Assembly: GCA_002269645.1 (NCBI GenBank)
Contig: NIVC01001852.1
Span: 62,001 to 126,000 of the forward strand
Direction of reading: 5' to 3'
Source of the DNA: Macrostomum lignano
Lineage: Eukaryota
Length of the DNA stretch: 64,000 nt
Under the pieces are notes generated by a model. It was not told the DNA's origin and did not search any database. It saw only the letters and a program-made list of their open reading frames with translations. Below, in pieces: positions 52,701 through 64,000 of the stretch. Every line of letters begins with the position of its first letter. The stretch's first letter is position 1. The translations under genes and the position numbers were made by a program.

Positions 52701-54039
52701 CGCTACTGTCTCTATCTACTGTCCCCTTCATTATTCATTCGCTTGCCTAAAGTGCAACGCCCCCTAACTTGTTGATCACTTACAGCAGTGTTTAATTCGC
52801 AATCGAATTCAGCTCTATTATCTTTCATTCTGAGTGTAAACTTGTTTTTTTTATTTGAGTACTTTTTTGAGCACCAATCTTTTTAAGTCACCTCCACAGG
52901 GAATCGCGAAGTGAATATGCACTCAATAATTCATTGCTGAATCTCCGTAACTTCGTGCAGTGACTTCGTGCTAAATATTTTTCAGTACAAACTTGACCCA
53001 GTTTGCTACTCACTTGGCAGTTATTGCTGGGAGGCAATCTCTGTTGTTATAACTGTTAAATGCTTGTAACTATGGAGATTATATTTCTTCAATTCGTTGT
53101 GTACACACGCATCCTCTTCATACGAGCTTTGTTGACGGCCGATGAATTTTCCCAATGATTTTTTATGGCTTACTATTTATTATTAGTATTAATTATTAGT
53201 CTGGTGTACAGTCGTGAACAGATTTTGTACACAGTACGTGGATGTATTTTTCTAGATAAAAGATCTAAGAAAAATTGTTTTGTGGCGTTTATACTGCAAA
53301 TGAAAGTGCAATAAGTACTTTATATACTCTTTAGCTTATATTTGTCTTGCCCGTTTTTAACTGTTTTGTCCGCTTATAAATATGCATTATGTACTTATTA
53401 ATACAGATACTCAATAGAGTTAACTGCCACGCATATTTGAGCATGTTCGTCTGCGTCTCTCCTATTCACTGCTGCACTTTTAACTTTGATAATACGTTAA
53501 TAATGGTCATTGTTGTTCTAATATATTTATATTTGTTTTTTAAGTCATTGTCAGATTTTCTATTAGCATATTAAGTATATACCCAACACAATTCTTTTGG
53601 TACTGTTGAAGTAAAAAAATAAAATTGCAAATATGCCAATCCAATAGTTTATCTTTCTCTTTTTTATTGTTGTAGAAACTAATTTCAGTTTTTTATCTCA
53701 ACTTTTCTCACTTATTGTCAGTAATTTCTTTTCTATTTTTAACTTTTGTGTTTCTTTTTTTTGCGTTTTTCCACTTACCTTTGGCTCTACTGTCTATTAG
53801 TGCAATTTGCGACAGAATCTAGATTATTAACTCGATAGTTGGAGTACTGACTGATAATGTTACCTTTGCAGCAGGTCAATACAAATACAGATGGACTTAA
53901 TATATAGTGGCGTTATGTTAAGCAATAAAAGCTTTGCTTGTTTCATTTTATTCTACACATTTTAGTGGCTATAGCGCTTATTAGTATCCTTATTCTGACA
54001 TTTCCATTACAATCCGTGTTTTATATCCGAATATGACCC

Positions 54040-54800
54040 CCATTTGCATGTAGATCCTAACATGACCCCCATTTCCATGTAGATCATACCATGACCCCCG
54101 ATTTACATTTAGATTCCGCAATGGCCCACCAATTTACATTTAGATCCCACAATGGCCCACCAATTTACATTTAGATCCCACTATGGCCCACCAATTGACA
54201 TTTAGATTCCGCAATGGCCCACCAATTTACATTTAGATCCCACTATGGCCCACCAATTTACATTTAGATTCCACAATGGCCCACCAATTTACATTTAGAT
54301 TCCACAATGGCCCACCAATTTACATTTAGATTCCACAATGGCCCACCAATTTACATTTAGATTCCACAATGGCCCACCAATTTACATTTAGATTCCACAA
54401 TGGCCCACCAATTTACATTTAGATTCCACAATGGCCCACCAATTTACATTTAGATTCCACAATGGCCCACCAATTTACATTTCGATTCCACTATGGCCCA
54501 CCAATTTACATTTAGATTCCACAATGGCCCACCAATTTACATTTAGATTCCACAATGGCCCACCAATTTACATTTAGATTCCACAATGGCCCACCAATTT
54601 ACATTTCGATTCCACAATGGCCCACCAATTTACATTTAGATTCCACAATGGCCCACCAATTTACATTTAGATTCCGCAATGGCCCATCAATTTACATTTA
54701 GATTCCACAATGGCCCACCAATTTACATTTAGATTCCACAATGGCCCACCAATTTACATTTAGATTCCACAATGGCCCACCAATTTACATTTAGATCCCT
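54040..54800. repeat. 31-bp minisatellite
   Basis: Unit tccacaatggcccaccaatttacatttagat. Confidence 0.95.
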
Positions 54801-57105
54801 TCCGCTCCCTAAGTTGCCTTTCGCATTCTCCGTTTCCCCGTCTCTATTCGCAAAAGTTTCCCTACTTGAGCACAAACGCAGCATACATTGCTGATCATAA
54901 TTTTCGCTTGCCTCATTCTCTTCCCCATTTACTTTTTTAGTTTCAATGTAGAAAAGTTTTTCAACTCGTTAAAAATCGCCCCCAAAGCTGTGCTAATTTC
55001 CCGTTTCCCTGATTTTATCAGCCTCCCCGCAAGTTCAGATCCGTTAAAAATCGACGAATTGCTGGTCTGTTTCCCAGGAGAAAATTGAAGCAATTATTGT
55101 GTCAGTTTTTTGACGAGAACAATTTTTTCGCAGGAAACCTCCACTCACTGAAAAAGTGCACTGGTAGTTCTATATTAGTTTTATATAAAATCGATATTTA
55201 CCAATACCATGTCAGCACTCTGCCTTCCCAGTCTTTTCTGTAGAGCTTTAAATTAGGGATCATAGTGTGCGTCTTTTGGCCTATTCATTAGTAGTTAGTC
55301 ATCCCGTATCCACCAATGTCCACACTGGTCAAGTGCTGCTGTACCAGTTATTAACGTTGAAGTAATTATAACCCATCGATTTATTATTTATGATACCTTG
55401 CCTGGGAGAGACGCATTATTACATTGTATTCCAACATTCAGACTAATAGAATTCATATAGTCGTAACTGCGACTTTCGTAAGTGACCGCGTATTATAGAG
55501 GAGTCAATGTACTCTAAAAAATCTCTTCCTTGGCTTAAAGTTCCTGCAGTCAATTTTCAAGTAAAGCTTTTGTGCTGTGCTGTCGACTTCCTGTACCAGC
55601 ACCAGCGCTCTTTGCTTTTCGTACTCCGCTTTGTTAATCCTATATGAGCTTAGATTCTCGGGCGTCTCCGCTAAGTAGCCATGTTAATTCTGCCGCGTCA
55701 GTTTCTTGCACCCTTGTCAACCACTCCCTCACTAATACTGTATTGTGTTGGGTCAAAGCCGCTGCTATATGTGTGTATAGTGAAAGACTTTTCGATTCTT
55801 GACTTCTTCTTCTGGCGTTAGTTCTACAATGAAGTGGTTCCATATTCCATTACTAAACTTCCACAGCGTATGGGACAGAGTTGCAGACAGTCAATAGCTT
55901 TCGACACACACAGAGTGCTTCCTTCTATTTGCATAAACTGCGCCGGGATAGCAAAATGATGCTGGCTGGTAGCATTATAAGACTAGTGGGCTGGCACTCA
56001 CATAGAATGTACTGCGGCCCAGAGTTTCTAATCGTCAGATATGTACACTCAATACTTGCATAAAAACTGAATTACAAAAAACTATGAATTAGAAGTCCTG
56101 GAGATCTTGGAGATGGAGATTTTCTAAGAGTGACAGTGGCGAGTGAGTATTATTGGAGAGTGACAGGTGGCAAGCACTCAAGAATATACGGTTTCGTATT
56201 GTCTATCACAATCTTTTCCCGGTAAACATTTCATGAAAGAAATAAAGAGCTTCATATAATTTTTTTGAGTCAACATTCGACACAGTTCATCTTTATTTGC
56301 AATTCAAAAGTCCAGATGGACGCGCTTCACGCCTTGTACGTTGCATTTGACCAGTTTGCTTGACTAGAGCTGAGTACACAAGGAGAGAATGTAGCAGAAT
56401 TTTACCCAAACGAAAAAGCCGGCCGCTCAATAAAACAAAGCTGCTTTTTTGTTAGAGTTCCCTGGGGTCCGGTCTAATCCATATTGATCTTCTGCTGTGC
56501 TCTACTCTGCTCTGCCGGTTAATCATCTATCGCAGCCGGCCTGTCCCCCCGTGCATCTCCCTTATCTTGTTCGTGCACTAGTTTCTCAATGTCCTCTCTT
56601 ATGTATTAGTCAGAAAAAAAGAGCTAATCTGTATTCTGCAACAAGCCTTAGCTAAATCCATTGGGAAATTGTCACTCACAAATTGCTTTAGAGAAAAAAA
56701 TGAAAAATCTACAAATTACAGCTGATTTTGGTTTGGGGCATCGGTGCTCAAATAAACCCTAAACAAAGCTTTCCGCGTACTGCCCATAGTGCTTACCTGA
56801 CTGTTATAGACAATTTTTCAGTAGTGCAGCAGACAGTTTTATTATCTTACGTTAATATTACATTATTGAGTTTATTTTTTGCCTGCAGGCATATTAGATG
56901 CAGCAACTATAGTGGACTGAATCAATAGCTGATGATGAGAAAGATGGGTTGGAGACTGCTTGGCCAGTTAGGTCTGCGTACTTTTTTGCATTCCGGCTTC
57001 TATATATAGAATCTACTTGTCCTGCGTGCATATAAAACATCCGAATTCTCCGTCTGTCTTAACCTTTTTGCCAACGTTCCGAATTAATTCTATTTGTGCG
57101 CTTCC

Positions 57106-57177
<72 letters not shown>

Positions 57178-57539
57178 GGCCTGTCTGTCCTTCCTATTCT
57201 ATGTTGCAATTCGTTTTACCTTCTAGTCCACATTGCATTGCATATTCTTAGTAGCAATTCTAATGGTTAATCCCTTTAGTAATTTTGTTTGTTTCTTTTT
57301 TGTCTTTTAAAAAGGACACGATGTCACTAAAATGGGCGATTCAATAATAGTCACAAACTATACTTTACAACAAAACACACTCAGTATGAACCGAGAGACA
57401 ACATCTGTAAGATTTTTTACTGTCAAGCTTGACACGGATATATTATTTAAAAACATAAGCAATAGAAATTTTTAATTCCAGAGGATAACATCTTATCTAA
57501 TTCAGTCTATGCTTATTCTCTACCTAAAGCCTATTGCAA

Positions 57540-57950
57540 GTCATTCTCCACCTAAAGCCATAGACTACTGCAAGTCATCATATACCTAAAGCCATAGACT
57601 ACTGCAAGTCATCCTCTACTTGAAGCGATAGACTACTGCAAGTCATACTCCACCTAAAGCCATAGACTACTGCAAGTCATCCTCTACTTGAAGCGATAGA
57701 CTACTGCAAGTCATACTCCACCTAAAGCCATAGACTACTGCAAGTCATTGTCTACCTAAAGCCATAGACTATTGCAAGTCATACTCCACCTAAAGCCATA
57801 GACTACTGCAAGTCATCCTCTACCTAAAGCCATAGACTATTGCAAGTCATTCTCTACCTAAAGCCATAGACTATTGCAAGTCATTCTCCACCTAAAGCCA
57901 TAGATTACTGAAGTTCATTCTCTACCTAAAGCCATAGACTATTGAAAGTC
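57540..57950. repeat. About 34-bp minisatellite upstream of the BMI1-like gene
   Basis: Unit cctaaagccatagactactgcaagtcat.ctc.a. Confidence 0.95.
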
Positions 57951-58090
57951 ATTTTTGACGTAGAGCTAAATTTTACGTAACTAGCATTGTTACTGAGTGT
58001 GGTAATTAATTAATAAGTTATCTAGTTAACTTCACTTAGCTGCACTAAAACCCATAACTATACAATTAAAATTTCAGTTGCAAAAATACC

Positions 58091-58903
58091 ATGCACAAGC
58101 TAGTACACCTGCCAATCAATCAATTAAACGAGCACATCACCTGTCGCCTATGCCAGGGCTACCTGATTGACGCTACTACCATAGTAGAATGCTTGCACGC
58201 CTTCTGTCGCTCGTGCCTATTGACCCATCTGACTCAGCAGCACGCCTGTCCAGTATGCGATATCCAGCTGCACAAAGGCGATCCATACCGCGCCATCCGC
58301 CTAGACCGGGCGCTGCAATCGCTCGTATACAAACTCGTGCCCGGCCTATTCAAATCTGAGATGACTCGTCGCCGTCAGTTCTACGTTGAGCATCCTTCGG
58401 CTGGGTCTGACCGAGCTTTGAGTCCGGAGAAACGCGGCGATTTATTAGCGCCAGAGACTGCTAGCCTAGTCCAGGACGACGAACGGGTGTCCTTGTCGCT
58501 TGAACTGGCCGACACTAAGCGAATCCGTAATGGCCGACTGCTCAGAACTGATTGCGTTGATCAGACTCGGGCTTGCTACCTGCTAGCGCCCGCCTGTCTT
58601 ACTGTGCAACAGTTGCAAAAATTTCTCCGATTGAAACTGGACCTACGACCGACTCAGTCTATTGCAATATTCTACACTGAGGACTGTTTGCACGCCGACT
58701 TCTCTATTATGGATATTGCCTACGTGTACGCTTGGCGTAGGAAAGGACCTTTGAGACTGTTTTACACTGTGCTTGAGTCGGCTGCCGCTAGGGCATCTGC
58801 TGGAGCTGCTGCTGCGGCTGCTGCTACTGGCTGTCCCAGCTCAACTTTTGGGTTGAGCAGCTGTTCCGCTAGCGACAGCGGGGCTGATGCCAATTCCAGC
58901 TGA
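58091..58903 (+). CDS. BMI1: BMI1/PCGF4-like Polycomb group RING finger protein (RING + RAWUL), intronless CDS
   Basis: LNEHITCRLCQGYLIDATTIVECLHAFCRSC...CPVC...DRALQSLVYKLVPGLFKSEMTRRRQFY closely resembles BMI1/PCGF2; C-terminal RAWUL YLLAPACLTVQQLQKFL...SIMDIAYVYAWRRKGPLRLFY. Acceptor tttcAG 13 nt upstream of the ATG. Confidence 0.9.
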   Translation: MHKLVHLPINQLNEHITCRLCQGYLIDATTIVECLHAFCRSCLLTHLTQQHACPVCDIQLHKGDPYRAIRLDRALQSLVYKLVPGLFKSEMTRRRQFYVEHPSAGSDRALSPEKRGDLLAPETASLVQDDERVSLSLELADTKRIRNGRLLRTDCVDQTRACYLLAPACLTVQQLQKFLRLKLDLRPTQSIAIFYTEDCLHADFSIMDIAYVYAWRRKGPLRLFYTVLESAAARASAGAAAAAAATGCPSSTFGLSSCSASDSGADANSS

Positions 58904-58973
58904 GGTGCAGTGCAAGCTTGGGGTTTTTTTGGCTAGGGTGATGGCTTTCATCTTCAGATTACAAAGTCTAGAG

Positions 58974-59294
58974 CAGGGGTCCGGCCCCCCGCGAAGCCTC
59001 TATCCGGCCCTTGGGTACTTTGAAACTTCACCATAGCAATCCGGCCCTCTCGAGGCTTCTCTTTTCAGCATTGCAAGCTCTTCCCCTCTGCTCTCTCCCT
59101 TCCCCTCTGCTCTCAGTCACCTCTCCCCTTTTCTTTTCTCTCTCCCCCTTCTCTCCTCTCTCCCCTCTTCTCTCATCTCTCATCTCCTCTTTACTTTTCT
59201 CTCTACTCCATTCCCTCTCCTTTCATTCGGCTTGCAAGCCATGAGCAAGATTAATTATCTGGCCATTGAGGCAAATAACTTTGCCGACCCCTTG
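58974..59294 (+). mobile_element. hAT-Charlie-like MITE with CT tract
   Basis: GTCTAGAG|CAGGGGTC...CCGGCCC; right end CTTTGCCGACCCCTTG. TSD not matched on the right. Confidence 0.65.
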
Positions 59295-59639
59295 TTGTAA
59301 CTCAAAAACGATCAGTTAAAATTCGACAAATCTGTTCGGATTGTCGATGGAACTCTTGCAGAATCTTTAATCTTATGTATTCTTCAACTATTGCTCATGT
59401 TAATACGATTTACATGAGCAATTGCATAATCTACCGTTGAAAAATGAATCTCTTTCCTGTTCTATTATTAGTGAATGTTAGCCGCATGTTTCTTTGCCTA
59501 CAATTGTGGAAAATATTGCGCTAAAAACTCTCTCGAAATCTTTATTTTCTCAGTCCTATTTTCTAGAGCACATATTTGCCTGAGTTGCTTTGGCCTGACA
59601 ACTGAATAGATTGCCTCATTAATATGCAATTCCATCTGC

Positions 59640-59886
59640 TGCATAGTAGTATAGTATCTAGCTGTGAACTAGTAGTATAGTATCTAGCTGTGTACTAGTA
59701 ATATAGTATCTAGCTGTGTACTAGTAGTATAGTATCTAGCTGTGTACTAGTAGTATAGTATCTAGCTGTGAACTAGTAGTATAGTATCTAGCTGTGTACT
59801 AGTAGTATAGTATCTAGCTGTGTACTAGTAGTATAGTATCTAGCTGTGTACTAGTAGTATAGTATCTAGCTGTGTACTAGTAGTAT
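59640..59886. repeat. 26-bp minisatellite
   Basis: Unit tagtagtatagtatctagctgtgtac. Confidence 0.95.
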
Positions 59887-60319
59887 AGAACCAATTAGAA
59901 GCTAAGATCAATTTTCAACTTCCTGTATAGATAGACCGAGACAAACTGGTATTGCTACTATCAGCCCTAATTATATGGGTAATTATTGCTAGTAAAAATG
60001 CTTATCTGATGTGCATTATATAGCCCTTTGTGTACTTTAAGCTTTGTCGGTTAATTCAAACTTTGAGTGCATCGTCATTAATGGCTTTTTAATGACAGAA
60101 TTCGGGTACTTATCTGTAAATTTTCAGTGTGAAATTTTACTTTTCAGTTTGACTTCTCCAATTTTTATAGGTTTTTACTTATTTGCTGCAGGTAAACTAT
60201 ATTTTCGCTCTTCTATTTTTATTATTTAGTCTTTTATAGCCAACTAATTGTTTTTTATTCTGTTTGCCATGTTTTTTGTATATTGTCTTTCTTTATTGCT
60301 TTGTACTTTATTGTAAAAT

Positions 60320-60434
60320 TGGCTGTATGTGTGTCTGTGACCGTCTGTCTGTCTGTCTCTCTGTCTGTGTGTCTTAGTGTCTTAGTATCTGGTTGTCTGC
60401 CTGCCTGTCTGTCCGTCTGTCTGTCTGCCTTGTC

Positions 60435-60491
<57 letters not shown>

Positions 60492-60492
60492 G

Positions 60493-60539
<47 letters not shown>

Positions 60540-60569
60540 GTCTGTCTGTCTGCCTTGTCTCTGTCTGTC

Positions 60570-60606
<37 letters not shown>

Positions 60607-60650
60607 GTCTGTCTGTCTGTATGTGTCTGTCTGTCTTTCTCTGTCTGCAG
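60320..60650. repeat. (TGTC)n microsatellite
   Basis: Direct reading of the sequence. Confidence 0.95.
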
Positions 60651-61777
60651 CTGTGTATCGGTTTCCCTGCCAAGATTGTGCACGCTGTGCCAAGACGCCA
60701 GTTTTATGTTATGCTAAAAAGAATTGGAAAAGCATCATCAATGCGGTTTCATATGAAAATTTGCAATTTTAGGCTTCACAGCCTAAAGCTTTAGCATTAA
60801 TGTTCCAAATACTTTGTTGCAGTGCACTGTTGCCAAGCGCATGCTCATTTTGTTGTTATGCAAACTTTTTTGAATGGCTTTGAATTGCTAATTTTGCTAA
60901 AATGGAGTGCTAAAATAACTTTTTATTACAAGGTTTCTGATCTGCGCCTTTTGATTCAAGCAGTTCGCAGTGGCTATGTGAATTTTTATGCTGTTAGTAG
61001 TTGGCGCGCGTTTTTACTGCTTTTTATTTTTATAATCTTTACTGCTCACCACCTGTATAGCTTTACAGGATGTAAGTTTTTCTCTGCAACGCAGCGACTG
61101 TTGAATTTACAAAATAAAATTTGCGTAATAAAAAATTAGGGTATTAACTATTATGTATATATAATATACTAAGTAACTTTTTTAAAGCGCATTTAGAAAT
61201 ATATATTTCGTTTGTTTTGGTTTTGTTGTATTTTTTTGCAGTATAATGTTATTATATTCATATTTTATTATAAATGGCCTGTCACTTGGAGAAATTTGCA
61301 AAATAACAAAGGAAAGAGGATTTACATTACATTAGGCGCATCTTTTAGTACACATAGGGAAGTTATTGTTTTTTGGAGTATTTGAGACTTAGGTTCAGAC
61401 GACTGGCCTGAATAATCAGGGAATTTGCTTTTAGATACAAGGGTTTATAAAGCCAGTTAAAGCAATAAAAATCTGCTAATCAATGACAGTCTATTTTATA
61501 AGAACCTTTGCACACGGGTAGCATGACGACAGCACCGGAACTGAAAACCGTGCAAGAATCACATTATTATGAATTCTAGATGAGCCAGTGCGAAGAAAAG
61601 TTCCTGTTTAAACTACTTTCTTTTGGGCATATGAAGTGCAAATAACTGCCAGATTTTGCAATGGGAAGACGTCAGATTTTTATGTTTTCGGCCGCAGGCA
61701 AATACTCAAAACCAATTAAAACTGAGATTTCGCTTTGACTATGCAATAGAATTCCCAGTGCTTTTAGGCCAACCTGT

Positions 61778-61926
61778 TCAGTCGGACAGCGGTCGCACTC
61801 TCTGCAGCAGCGCCGATCCTTGTGTGCATCCAGCTGATCCCATAGACAGTTTCACCGCTATAACGACGGCAGCCGCTACTGACGCTGTGCCTAGTAGGCT
61901 CATCAGACCAATTGCGAGCGGGGTGT
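61778..61926 (-). CDS. Membrane mucin-like protein, last exon (TM + short tail)
   Basis: ttttaacAG|AC, phase 1, gives YTPLAIGLMSLLGTASVAAAVVIAVKLSMGSAGCTQGSALLQRVRPLSD*. Confidence 0.75.
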
Positions 61927-62208
61927 CTGTTAAAAGTATTGAAAATGAAAAAATAGTTTTATTACAGATAGATCCGGCAAGAAAATGTCTTTCATGTGGC
62001 ATTTCACTTTTATATGTTTTAGAATAGAATTTGTCGCAATAATTCCATCATAGAAATTCTCGCTGAACAGGCAAAACATTCAACATAGCATAGCCTCAAC
62101 ATAAGCATTGATCTAAATCATTGTCCAATTGAAAGTATATCTACTTCTGTCCCTACACTAGGTTAGTGTTCCATAACCTTCACACTAAACATTTTGACTG
62201 TTGCTTAC

Positions 62209-64000
62209 ATCCTTCACAACCTGTACCACTACGGAAAGGGCCACAATCAGTGATTTGCGCCGAGGTTGCATCGCTGATGCTGATTGTTGTTGCACTTGCG
62301 ACTGAATCTGATGCTGTAGCGACAGAAAGTGTTGATCCTGTGCCGGTAAATTCACTAGATGCTGCACTGGCTGCGCTTGCTGCGGTTGATAATCCACTTG
62401 CTGGAGGACTCGTAGTCAATCCTGTCGCTTGAGAACTCGGAACAGTTGTATCCGTCGTTGGCAAGCCACTTGCTGGAGCACTGGCTGTAGTCAATCCTGT
62501 CGCTTGAGAACTCGGAACAGTTGTATCCGTCGTTGGCAAGCCACTTGCTGAAGCACTGGCTGTAGTCAATCCTGCAGCTTGAGAACTCAAGACAGTTGTA
62601 TCCGTCGTAGTCAATCCAGTCGCTTGAGCACTGGCTGTAGTCAATCCTGTCGCTTGAGAACTCGGAACAGTTGTATCCGTCGTTGGCAAGCCACTTGCTG
62701 GAGCACTGGCTGTAGTCAATCCTGTCGCTTGAGAACTCGGAACGGTTGTGTCCGTCGTTAGCACGCCACTTGTTTGAGCACTCGCTAAAACAGTGTCTGT
62801 CGGTGTCACGCCACTTAAAGCACTTGGTGAATTTGTGACTGACAGAGTCGTGTCAGTCGCTTGAAAACTTGGAACACTTGTATCAGATGATGACAATCCA
62901 GTAGATAAAAAATTCAACGCTGTTGAAGTTACACTAACAGTTGATTCGGTCAATGGAGTCAGTCCTGTAACTAATGGATTGACAGTCGTTTCAGTCTGCG
63001 GTGGTCCAGTTGTTGGATTGACAGTCGTGTCAGTCGTTGGTGAAGGACCTGTGGTTAATGGATTGACAGTTGTGTCAGTCGGTGGTAAAGGACCTGTGGT
63101 TAATGGATTGACAGTCGTGTCAGCCGGTGATGAAGGTCCAGTTGTTGGATTGACAGTCGTTTCAGCCGGTGATGGAGGTCCAGTTGTTGGATTGACAGTC
63201 GTTTCAGCCGGTGATGGAGGTCCAGTTGTTGGATTGACAGTCGTTTCAGCCGGTGATGGAGGTCCAGTTGTTGGATTGACAGTCGTGTCAGTCGGTGTTG
63301 AAGGACCTGTGGTTAAAGGATTGACAGTTGTGTCAGACGGTGGTGGAGGTCCAGTTGTTGGATCGACAGTCGTTTCAGCCGGTGATGGAGGTCCAGTTGT
63401 TGGATCGACAGTCGTTTCAGCCGGTGATGGAGGTCCAGTTGTTGGATTGACAGTCGTTTCAGCCGGTGATGGAGGTCCAGTTGTTGGATTGACAGTCGTT
63501 TCAGCCGGTGATGGAGGTCCAGTTGTTGGATTGACAGTCGTTTCAGCCGGTGATGGAGGTCCAGTTGTTGGATCGACAGTCGTTTCAGCCGGTGATGGAG
63601 GTCCAGTTGTTGGATCGACAGTCGTTTCAGCCGGTGATGGAGGTCCAGTTGTTGGATTGACAGTCGTTTCAGCCGGTGATGGAGGTCCAGTTGTTGGATT
63701 GACAGTCGTTTCAGCCGGTGATGGAGGTCCAGTTGTTGGATTGACAGTCGTTTCAGCCGGTGATGGAGGTCCAGTTGTTGGATCGACAGTCGTTTCAGCC
63801 GGTGATGGAGGTCCAGTTGTTGGATCGACAGTCGTTTCAGCCGGTGATGGAGGTCCAGTTGTTTGATTGACAGTCGTTTCAGCCGGTGATGGAGGTCCAG
63901 TTGTTGGATCGACAGTCGTTTCAGCCGGTGATGGAGGTCCAGTTGTTGGATTGACAGTCGTGTCAGTTGGTGTTGAAGGACCTGTGGTTAAAGGATTGAC
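62209..64000 (-). CDS. Membrane mucin-like protein, large Thr/Pro/Ser repeat exon (continues beyond window)
   Basis: The frame is open from 64000 with 15-aa repeats PTTGPPSPAETTV(N/D), then about 24-aa TGLTTASAPASGLPTTDTTVPSSQA repeats, then ITDCGPFRSGTGCEG-T|GTAAGC donor. Confidence 0.8.

Noticed and set aside
55200-56100. Moderately GC-rich stretch with short minus-strand peptides
   Set aside because: Multiple stops in all frames and no motif I recognise; possibly a decayed TE, but not supportable without a search.
60255-60794. TDRQ / SVCL repeat ORFs
   Set aside because: Translation of the (TGTC)n microsatellite.
62979-63866. Plus-strand Val/Gly-rich 295-aa ORF
   Set aside because: Antisense of the mucin repeat; it is broken by a TGA where the minus frame stays open.

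Overview
Eukaryotic (metazoan) genomic DNA with spliceosomal GT-AG introns, AT-rich intergenic DNA and a very heavy mini/microsatellite load. The overall style is consistent with a free-living flatworm such as Macrostomum (inference only). Six protein-coding genes were reconstructed by hand: TMEM168-like (-, partial; its 3' exon is missed by the ORF track), ARIH2-like RBR E3 ligase (+, 4 exons, 519 aa), a SELENOM/Sep15-family ER protein with HxxC in place of CxxU (+), a BMP/TGF-beta type II receptor-like pseudokinase with no visible ectodomain (+, 4 exons, about 464 aa), a BMI1/PCGF-like Polycomb RING protein (+) and a membrane-anchored Thr/Pro-rich mucin (-, partial). Mobile DNA includes a 3-copy head-to-tail Helitron-like array, a CORE-type tRNA SINE, a truncated RTE-type LINE, a deleted Merlin element, several foldback/MITE families with 8-bp TSDs, and a triple-nested insertion. 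The most unusual observation is a family of 8-bp-TSD MITEs (CATACATGCGCAAC termini) in which two copies carry a 64-nt piece of 28S rRNA spanning the R2/I-PpoI target site, altered at the TTAA in both. Most long ORFs in the supplied track are repeat or antisense artefacts. All family assignments come from recalled motifs; no searches were run.
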